Source: an uncultured Actinomycetes bacterium (GTDB lineage: Bacteria; Actinomycetota; UBA4738; HRBIN12). Taken from it: DNA of 64,000 bases. How positions within the stretch are numbered: the stretch's first letter is position 1; every line of letters begins with the position of its first letter. Positions 57,053 through 64,000 of this stretch are shown piece after piece. The translations under genes were made by a program, and so were the position numbers. The notes beneath the pieces were generated by a model. That model was not told where the DNA came from and ran no database searches. It worked only from the letters and a program-made list of their open reading frames with translations. Location: positions 1 through 64,000 of the forward strand of contig CAVPIB010000007.1 in NCBI GenBank assembly GCA_963704885.1, written 5' to 3'.

Positions 57053-58143
57053 GGCCTGACGCTCCCTACGCCCGGTTCGGGATGGCGACCAGGTGCAACC
57101 CCATCCGGCGGATCCCACGGATGATCCGAGGGCAGCGCTCGGATCGTGGCGCTTCGGTCTCCACCTCCGTCGTGCAAGAGGACGATGGAACCGGGCCGGA
57201 CGGCAGCGAGCACCCGTCTGACGATCCGCCGCGCCGACGTCCCTTCCGTCCAGTCCCCGGCGTCGATGCTCCACGTCACGACCCGCATCCCCTGCCTACG
57301 AGCCTCCTGCACCACCTCGCCATCGTAGCTGCCGCCGGGCGGGCGGAAGAGCCGGGTCCGGACGCCGAGCGCGGAGAGGTGACGCGACGTACGCCCGATC
57401 TCCTCGATCATCCGCCGCCGCCCCAGGTCGGCGAGCGGAGGTTCCAGCGGGTGGTCCCAAGAGTGGTTGCCGATGCGCATGCCGGCCTGATCGACCATCT
57501 CGACGATCCTCGGGTACCGCTCGGCGAGGTAACCAACCATGAAGAATGTGGCCCGGACGTGGAACCGACGGAGGATCTGGATCACCCGACGTGTTTGGGC
57601 GGGCCACGGGCCGTCGTCGAACGTGAGGGCCACTTCCCTCCGGGCCAGACCGCGGCCCATGGGCACATCCCGCTGCCGAACGATCTCGCCCGAGACCTCG
57701 CCCTCGAGGGTCACCCGGCGGATCCGGAAGCGGCGTAGCGTCCGTTCGGGGTTCCCGAGGCGACGACCGCGGAGTAGCTCCACGGAACGACGCGTACCCT
57801 CCGTGCGGTCTGCGCCATCGACGACCGCGATCGCGTCGCCGGTCGTTAGTCGGGTTACCTCCGATGCCTCGACGCCGTTCAACAGGATGCTTCCCGGCGT
57901 GTCGACCGGGTCGAGCACGACGCCGGAGACGGACACGAGTCGTCCATGGTGCGCCCTGAGCGAGAACCGAACGATCGCTTCACCGAAGGTGGTTCCCGGT
58001 GGGAGCTCGTGCGGCGCGTCGCCCACGGCGATCCTGATAGGAGGCGGAGCCTGGGGCTCAACGGGGCCGCAGGCGGCCAGGATCGCGGCGCACAGGACGG
58101 ACGCCGCGCCACACCGCGCGGAGCGGAGGGATCTCCCGGCCAT
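57049..58143 (-). CDS. polysaccharide deacetylase (NodB/CE4) lipoprotein; apparent 1-nt frameshift near the C-terminus
   Basis: Lipobox ILAAC, ALTFDDGP, GNHSWDH, FRPPGG, LLHDGGGDR. The canonical end (RIIRGIRRMGLHLVAI) is in another frame that stops at 57066. Confidence 0.85.
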   Translation of the reverse strand: MAGRSLRSARCGAASVLCAAILAACGPVEPQAPPPIRIAVGDAPHELPPGTTFGEAIVRFSLRAHHGRLVSVSGVVLDPVDTPGSILLNGVEASEVTRLTTGDAIAVVDGADRTEGTRRSVELLRGRRLGNPERTLRRFRIRRVTLEGEVSGEIVRQRDVPMGRGLARREVALTFDDGPWPAQTRRVIQILRRFHVRATFFMVGYLAERYPRIVEMVDQAGMRIGNHSWDHPLEPPLADLGRRRMIEEIGRTSRHLSALGVRTRLFRPPGGSYDGEVVQEARRQGMRVVTWSIDAGDWTEGTSARRIVRRVLAAVRPGSIVLLHDGGGDRSATIRALPSDHPWDPPDGVAPGRHPEPGVGSVRP

Positions 58144-58212
58144 GGGAAGCCTCCATGGTGCCACGGGCGTCAAGGAGACGCCTGGGATGATGGGAAGGTG
58201 GAAGAGGGACGC

Positions 58213-58602
58213 GTGTCCGCGCGGACGGGAACGATCCTCAGGGTCGCCGATATCCTGGCGCTGATCGCGTTCGTGCTGGTCGGGATCCGGTCGCACTATG
58301 GCAGGGAGATGCCGGTCGTGTTCCTCCGAAACGCCGTGCCGCTGCTGGTGGCCTGGTTCGTCGTGGCGGTCCCCGTGGGCACCTATCGGCGACCCTCCCC
58401 GCGTTCGCTGGCCGTGACTTGGGTCTTGGCGGTGCCGATTGGCCTGGTCGCGCGATCGTTCATCCTGGGGTCCCCGACGGGGTCACGGCTCGCGACCTTC
58501 CTAGGGGTGGGTCTCGCGTTCACGCTGCTCTTCCTCGTCGCCGGGCGCCTGCTCGCTGGGCTCATCCAACGGCGGGTGCTCCCGGTGGGGCCCAGAACGT
58601 GA
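58213..58602 (+). CDS. DUF3054-like membrane protein
   Basis: D....FVLVGIRSH, PLLVAW, four TM segments. Confidence 0.75.
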   Translation: MSARTGTILRVADILALIAFVLVGIRSHYGREMPVVFLRNAVPLLVAWFVVAVPVGTYRRPSPRSLAVTWVLAVPIGLVARSFILGSPTGSRLATFLGVGLAFTLLFLVAGRLLAGLIQRRVLPVGPRT

Positions 58603-58615
58603 TTCGATAGCGGCT

Positions 58616-58804
58616 ATGAGCCACGACCCACCGGAGCTCGACCCGGCGGAGATCCCGGACGACGACCCGAGTCTTGAGGCGACCCGGAAGCTCATCGCCG
58701 CGACCGAGGAGCTCCGCGCCCTCCTGGCGCCCCTCACTCCCAACGAGCGCGAGCGCGTGCTCGAACTGGCCCGTTGGCTGAAGGACAACCCCGAGGGGTA
58801 CTGA
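58616..58804 (+). CDS. small acidic hypothetical protein
   Basis: 62-aa ORF with GC3-rich codons filling the gap. Confidence 0.6.
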   Translation: MSHDPPELDPAEIPDDDPSLEATRKLIAATEELRALLAPLTPNERERVLELARWLKDNPEGY

Positions 58805-58809
58805 GCCGG

Positions 58810-59025
58810 CTAGTACCGGTAGTCCTGCTTGGGCGGCTGCAGACGCCGGTCCAGGTCCCTCTCGAATCGGCGTGCCTGTCGCCGGAGCAACAGGTAGGCG
58901 ATGTATCCCAGCACGATCACGGTCATCACCACGGTCAAGATGATGAAAACCGTCGCCTTGACGACCGCGCCCAATACGCCGAACGCGGTCGCTACCAGCA
59001 CCAAGAACAACAACATCCAACCCAT
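58810..59025 (-). CDS. small membrane protein (2 TM)
   Basis: 71 aa, hydrophobic hairpin plus basic tail; TAGGGT 6 nt before ATG. Confidence 0.7.
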   Translation of the reverse strand: MGWMLLFLVLVATAFGVLGAVVKATVFIILTVVMTVIVLGYIAYLLLRRQARRFERDLDRRLQPPKQDYRY

Positions 59026-59109
59026 ACACCAACCCTACCGCGTCGTCCCTCGAACGTTCGCTCGCAAGCGACGGGCGGGTCACCGGCTGCTCGGGCATAC
59101 TCCACCTCG

Positions 59110-59928
59110 ATGGCCGACCTGGAGGGGTACCGTTCTCCGCTCGCACCCGACGCGAATCAGGGCACGGTGGCGATCGTCACCGGAGGCGGAACCGGCATCG
59201 GCCGCGCGACGGCGTGGGAGCTCGCTCGATCCGGCGCGACGGTGGCTATCTGCGGACGGAGGCCCGAGCTGCTGGAGGCCGTGGGCGAAGAGCTAACGGC
59301 CGCCGGCCACGGATGCCTGGCAGTGCCGACCGACGTGCGTGAGCCGGACCAGGTCCGTTCGTTCCTCGATCTGGTGGATGCACGGCTGGGAGCCGTGGAC
59401 GTGCTCGTTAACTGCGCGGGCGGCCAGTTCGCGGCGCCGCTCGAAGACATATCGCTCAAGGGTCTGCGTGCCGTTCACCGACTGAACGTGGATGCGACCT
59501 GGGACGTGACCCAGCATGTGGCCGCGCGATGGATGATCCCGCGCCGCTCGGGGTTCGTGGCGTTCGTGGGGTTCAGCCCGCGCCGAGGCGTCCCGACCAT
59601 GATCCACTCGTCCACCGCCCGATCCGCCCTGGAGACGTTCGCGGCTGGGATCGCCCAGGAGTGGTCGAAGTTCGGGATCCGCGCGGTGTGCATCGCCGCC
59701 GGTTTGATCCGAACGGAGGGCTCCCTGCAGTACGGAGGCCAGGCGCTGATCGACGAGTTCGCGGCGCAGGTGCCGATGAAACGGGCCGGGTCGCCGGAGG
59801 AGGTGGCGTCGATGATCGCGTTCCTGGCGTCGCCGGGCGGCGCCTACGTCACCGGCGCGACGATCGCGATCGACGGCGGCGCGGACACCTGGGGTATGGG
59901 GATGCCGCCACCCGATATCGAGCCTTAG
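59110..59928 (+). CDS. SDR family oxidoreductase (enoyl-CoA reductase/AtuB-like, HSxxAR in place of YxxxK)
   Basis: TGGGTGIG, CGRR, NCAGGQF, HSSTAR, YVTG..IDGG. Confidence 0.9.
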   Translation: MADLEGYRSPLAPDANQGTVAIVTGGGTGIGRATAWELARSGATVAICGRRPELLEAVGEELTAAGHGCLAVPTDVREPDQVRSFLDLVDARLGAVDVLVNCAGGQFAAPLEDISLKGLRAVHRLNVDATWDVTQHVAARWMIPRRSGFVAFVGFSPRRGVPTMIHSSTARSALETFAAGIAQEWSKFGIRAVCIAAGLIRTEGSLQYGGQALIDEFAAQVPMKRAGSPEEVASMIAFLASPGGAYVTGATIAIDGGADTWGMGMPPPDIEP

Positions 59929-59955
59929 CCCGAGGTGGCGTGAGCTGGTGGGGGT

Positions 59956-60423
59956 TCAGCCGGCGGGCGAAGCCGAGCGGCGCACCGCGCGCACGATGCC
60001 GTCGTAACCGGTGCATCGGCAGAGGTTGCCGGCGAGCGCGATGCGGATCTCATCCTCGGCCGGGTCGGGGTTCGCGCGCAGGAGAGCCGAAGCCGAGATC
60101 AGCATGCCCGGCGTGCAGAACCCGCACTGCACGCCACCCTCCTCGAGGAAGGCCTGCTGCAGGGGTGCGAGACCCTCGGCGCCGGTCAGGCCCTCGACCG
60201 TCATGACCTCGCGACCTTCGGCCTGTAGGGCGAGGTACGAACAGGAGTTCACCGGCCTGCCGTCGAGGAGCATCATGCAGGCGCCGCATTCAGAGTCGTC
60301 GCACCCTTCTTTCGAGCCGGTGAGCCCTATCTCGTCGCGCACCGCCTTCAGCAGACTCAGGTGCGGGTCGATCTCGACCGGGTAGTCGGTGCCGTTCACG
60401 TTCAGGGTCGCGGCCACCTTCAT
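59956..60423 (-). CDS. (2Fe-2S)-binding small subunit, xanthine dehydrogenase/CoxS family
   Basis: GCDDSECGAC, QCGFCTPG, GNLCRCTGY. Confidence 0.95.
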   Translation of the reverse strand: MKVAATLNVNGTDYPVEIDPHLSLLKAVRDEIGLTGSKEGCDDSECGACMMLLDGRPVNSCSYLALQAEGREVMTVEGLTGAEGLAPLQQAFLEEGGVQCGFCTPGMLISASALLRANPDPAEDEIRIALAGNLCRCTGYDGIVRAVRRSASPAG

Positions 60424-61331
60424 GGGCCGTCTCCTCCCGAGCCGTAGAGCGCGTCGCTCGCGGGGATCTCGACGCTCTCGCCGCGCGCGCGTGCGAGCGC
60501 GGCCGCGATGGCTCGACGAGCGACGACCTCGGCCATCGCGAGCCGGTAGTCGGCCGAGGCTCGGACGTCGCTGATCGGGGCGGAGCCGGCGGCGGCTGCG
60601 CGCGCCGCCGCAACCATCGCCGCGTCACCACCGTCGGTGTTGATGAGCGCCTGCTCGGCCTCAGGGATCCGGCGGATCGTGGGCGCGAGAGCGGTGATAG
60701 CGATGCGGGCGTCGTCCACCGATCCGGCGTCGACCACGACGACGGCCGTGGCGCCGACCACCGCGATCTCCATCTGCCGGCGGTACTCGAGGCGGACGTA
60801 GGCCGAACCGGTACCTGGAGCCGGCTCGGGGAGGTCGATCGCGACCAGGAGCTCGCCCGGCGCGACCACCGTCGCGCCGGGGCCCGTCCAAAGGTCTCCG
60901 ATCGACACGCTTCGCTCGGCCTCGGCCGAGCGAAGCGTCACGGTGGCGCCGAAGCACAGCAGCGGACCCCCGGTATCCATAGCAGGGGACGCGTTCATGA
61001 CGTTGCCGCCGATCGTGCCGTTGGCGCGGGTCGCGTGCGATCCCACGATGGCCGATGCGTCGGCCAGTGCCGTGTACCTCACCCTGACGGCGTCGCTAGC
61101 CACGATCGCCTCGTGCGTCGCGAGGGCGCCGAGATGCAGCCCTCCGTCGGTCTCGGTGAGATCGCGCAACGCCTCGATGCGGTCGATCGCGACGATCGCG
61201 TCGGGCAGTGGCGCTTTGCCCTGGCGGGCACCCACCACCAGGTCGGTCCCGCCGGCCACGGGTCTCGCTCCCGCGCCGAGCGCGGCCATCGCCTCCTCCA
61301 GCGTCGTCGCTGATACGAACGACCTGGTCAT
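60420..61331 (-). CDS. FAD-binding medium subunit, xanthine dehydrogenase/CoxM family
   Basis: AGGTDL, TIGGNVMNASPA, PISDVRASADYR. Confidence 0.93.
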   Translation of the reverse strand: MTRSFVSATTLEEAMAALGAGARPVAGGTDLVVGARQGKAPLPDAIVAIDRIEALRDLTETDGGLHLGALATHEAIVASDAVRVRYTALADASAIVGSHATRANGTIGGNVMNASPAMDTGGPLLCFGATVTLRSAEAERSVSIGDLWTGPGATVVAPGELLVAIDLPEPAPGTGSAYVRLEYRRQMEIAVVGATAVVVVDAGSVDDARIAITALAPTIRRIPEAEQALINTDGGDAAMVAAARAAAAGSAPISDVRASADYRLAMAEVVARRAIAAALARARGESVEIPASDALYGSGGDGP

Positions 61332-63607
61332 GCCTCCACACCCCGAGCCGCCGCCCACACACGTTCCGGGGTCATGGGCATCTGCCGTACCTGGGTTCCG
61401 AGCACCTTCGTGATCGCGTTGGCGATCGCCGCCGCGGTCGGTACCTGCGGGGGCTCTCCAACCCCTTTCGAACCGCGAGGACCGGCCCCCTCGGTGGCCG
61501 TCTGGATCCAGTCCACTTCGATCTCGGGCGCGTCGGCGCTGGTGACGAGCTTGTAGTCGAGCAGCGCCGGGTTCCGTTGGCGCCCCTGGTCGTCGATCTG
61601 CGTCCCCTCGCTGAGAGCCAGTCCGACCCCCATCACCACTCCGCCGGTCACCTGTCCGTCGGCGCCCTTGCGGTTGAGGATCATCCCCGAGTCGTGCGCG
61701 GCGGCGACCTTCAGAACACGCACGACCCCCGTGGCCCGGTCGACCTTCACGTGCGCCGCCTGGGTGATGAGCTGGGGCGTCAGGAACGTCTCGTTCCCGA
61801 TCCTCCCGACGCACCCGCCGGTGTCGCCGGTCGGGGCCTGGGGCACGTCCCCCGAGCCCTTGCCGTGGATCGTGCCGGCCCCGGCAAGATCCGCGATGGT
61901 TACCGAGCGGTCGGGAGAGCCCTTCACGCGCACGGCGCCCTCCACGAGCTCGAGGTCCTGCCGATCCACCTCGAGCTCCTCGGCGGCCGCGCCCAAGAGC
62001 TGGTCACGCACGTCGGCGGCCGCTGCCAGGATCGCCCGCCCGCTGTTGTAGGTGGTCTGCGATCCGCACGAACCCATGTCCCAGTTGGCCGCGGCCGTGT
62101 CCTGATACAGGATCGTGAAGTCCTCGGGTTTCATCCCGAGCTCTTCGGCGACGAAGATCGGCATGGCCATCACGGCGCCGCTTCCGTTCTCCTGGGCACC
62201 GGTCACGATCGTGCCGCTGCCGTCACCGTTGATGTGAACGTAGGCCCCCGACGGCGCCGGCATGCAGGGCCACCAGCCCACTGCGACCCCGATGGCCTCG
62301 TCGTCGGGCAGCTCGCGGTCGTATCCGATCATCTCCACCGCGCGCTCTAGCGTCTGTTTCATGCCGATCTGGTCGAAGACCTGGCGCGTCGGGCCTTCGG
62401 AGCCGGTCTCGATCAGGGTGCGTCGCCGTAGCTCGACGGGATCCATGTCGATCGCGCGCGCAACCTCGTCCATGTGCTGTTCGAGACCCCAGCAGACCTG
62501 CGGCGCCGTGGGCGCGCGGACCGAGCCCGACGGCTGGCTGTTGGTGTAGTTCAGGTGGGACTCCACGAAGATGTGCTCGATCTGATAGGGGCCGCAGGCG
62601 TGCATGGCCGCCATCTGTCCCAGGAAGCCCCCCTCGCCGCAGTACGCCCCTTTGTCGAGGACGAGCTTCGCCCTGCGGGCGACCAGACGGCCGTCGCGCG
62701 TCACGCCCGTCTCGAACTCCATCACGATGCCCTCGCGGCGTTGCGCGATAGCGACGAACTCCTCGCGCCGGCTGAACACCAGTTTCACCGGTCTCCGAGC
62801 GGCGCGGGCGAGAGCGGCCACCTGCGCTTCGAAGTGCAGATCGCACTTCGCGCCGAAGCCCCCGCCCAGGAGCGGCACGACGATCCTCACGTTCGCCTCG
62901 GGGATCTGCAGGGTCTGCGAGACGCCGCTGCGGGCCGTGTACGGCACCTGCGTCGAGGACCAGATCGTCACCTCATCGCCCTGCCACTGGGCGAGCACGG
63001 CCCTTGGCTCGATCGGCACCCCTTGCGACGCGTCGGAGACGTAGCGGCCCTTCACTACGACGTCGGCCTCGGCCATCGCGGCGTCGGCGTCACCCTTGAC
63101 GATCGTGTGATAGGCCATGGTGTTGCCGCTGGCGACGATGTTCTCGTCCTTCTCGTACGACCCAAGATCTGGATGGATCAAGGGGGCGTCAGGCTCCATC
63201 GCGGCGACGAAGTCACCGACCACGGGTAGGGGGTCATAGTCGACCTCGATCAGGCGCGCGGCCTCGGCGGCGATCTCCTGGGTGAGCGCGGCCACGCCCG
63301 CGACGATCTCACCCTCGAAGCGAACCACGTCCTTCGCGAATAGCGTGCGATCTTGAACGAAGCCTCCGAACCGCACATCGGGAACGTCGTCCTGGGTGAT
63401 CACCGCGACCACGCCCGGCAGCGCCTTGGCCTTCGTGGTGTCGATCCTGAGGATGCGGGCGTGCGGATGGTCGGCGTACCGGAACCTCGCGTAGGTCTGA
63501 CCCGTGAGCGTCAGATCGGCCGTGTAGCGCCCCGACCCGGTGACCTTCTCCTCACCGTCGGGACGCATGAACTCGGCAGGGGGAGTTCCGATGTCGGTGT
63601 CGGCCAC
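61328..63607 (-). CDS. molybdopterin-binding large subunit, xanthine dehydrogenase family
   Basis: KVTGSGRY, GGGFGAK, RAP, GQVTGG, KGVGEPP, PMTPERV; GTG after GGGAG. Confidence 0.95.
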   Translation of the reverse strand: MADTDIGTPPAEFMRPDGEEKVTGSGRYTADLTLTGQTYARFRYADHPHARILRIDTTKAKALPGVVAVITQDDVPDVRFGGFVQDRTLFAKDVVRFEGEIVAGVAALTQEIAAEAARLIEVDYDPLPVVGDFVAAMEPDAPLIHPDLGSYEKDENIVASGNTMAYHTIVKGDADAAMAEADVVVKGRYVSDASQGVPIEPRAVLAQWQGDEVTIWSSTQVPYTARSGVSQTLQIPEANVRIVVPLLGGGFGAKCDLHFEAQVAALARAARRPVKLVFSRREEFVAIAQRREGIVMEFETGVTRDGRLVARRAKLVLDKGAYCGEGGFLGQMAAMHACGPYQIEHIFVESHLNYTNSQPSGSVRAPTAPQVCWGLEQHMDEVARAIDMDPVELRRRTLIETGSEGPTRQVFDQIGMKQTLERAVEMIGYDRELPDDEAIGVAVGWWPCMPAPSGAYVHINGDGSGTIVTGAQENGSGAVMAMPIFVAEELGMKPEDFTILYQDTAAANWDMGSCGSQTTYNSGRAILAAAADVRDQLLGAAAEELEVDRQDLELVEGAVRVKGSPDRSVTIADLAGAGTIHGKGSGDVPQAPTGDTGGCVGRIGNETFLTPQLITQAAHVKVDRATGVVRVLKVAAAHDSGMILNRKGADGQVTGGVVMGVGLALSEGTQIDDQGRQRNPALLDYKLVTSADAPEIEVDWIQTATEGAGPRGSKGVGEPPQVPTAAAIANAITKVLGTQVRQMPMTPERVWAAARGVEA

Positions 63608-63676
63608 GTCACTCCCTTCGGGCTCGAATTGATGCGGGTGCCGCATGGTATACCGCCGAGCTGATCGATCGGTCGC

Positions 63677-64000
63677 CTAGTCGCCGGTCCCTCGCGGAGC
63701 GAGCAGCCCGCCGCCGATGATCCCGAGCGTTGCGACCACGATCACACCCATCGCCGCGCGCAGGCTCACGGTCTGTGCGACCCAGCCGAGGAGCGGCGGG
63801 CTCCAGACGAAGCCGGTGTAGCCCACGGTCGTCACGGCCGTGATCGCGGCGGTCGGGTCGTCGGTCTGCGTCCCGGCGAGTCCGAACGCCGCGGGGCCGG
63901 CCGCCGATAGCGTGAAGCCGAGCACCAGGAACCCGAGGCCGACCACGATCGGCTCGTTCGCAGCCACCGCGATCATGCCTCCGATCAGCGAGCCGACACC
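63677..64000 (-). CDS. MFS transporter, C-terminal part (truncated by window edge)
   Basis: Hydrophobic helices, VTTVGYTGFVWSPPLLGWVA. Confidence 0.8.
   Translation of the reverse strand, partial: GVGSLIGGMIAVAANEPIVVGLGFLVLGFTLSAAGPAAFGLAGTQTDDPTAAITAVTTVGYTGFVWSPPLLGWVAQTVSLRAAMGVIVVATLGIIGGGLLAPRGTGD

Noticed and set aside
59956-63607. Aerobic CO dehydrogenase (coxMSL)
   Set aside because: The active-site loop lacks the CODH signature, the gene order is L-M-S, and there are no coxDEFG genes.

Overview
This is a 64-kb high-GC chromosomal window, most likely from an actinomycete. That is an inference from carD, DUF3263/LytR_C, an F420-type LLM oxidoreductase, a stand-alone CIRCE-controlled groEL and many leaderless genes. 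It holds about 65 CDS, one tRNA-Thr(TGT) and a probable 6C-like small RNA; I found no transposase, integrase, prophage or CRISPR array. Housekeeping blocks are radA-carD-PIN/TRAM-ispD-ispF-rlmB, acs, groEL, tkt, a DEAD-box helicase, tdh-kbl, moaA and a xanthine-dehydrogenase-family L-M-S operon. The strongest signals beyond the gene list are: (1) a sigma28/WhiG-type promoter motif (TCAAG-N14-16-GCCGA) repeated six times, in front of both GGDEF-EAL genes, a GAF-PAS histidine kinase, a receiver protein, an NlpC/P60 hydrolase and a PIN/TRAM gene, suggesting a c-di-GMP-linked regulon; (2) an uncharacterised, translationally coupled ATP-grasp ligase + C45 Ntn-hydrolase pair; (3) a symmetric dsrE-tusA-sqr-tusA-dsrE sulfur operon behind DosR-like boxes; (4) a RIO1 kinase behind a 19-codon leader ORF; (5) a MoaB/Mog-XdhC fusion. 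Two cell-envelope genes show single frameshifts that may be assembly errors. All product calls come from motif recognition by eye; no database search was run.
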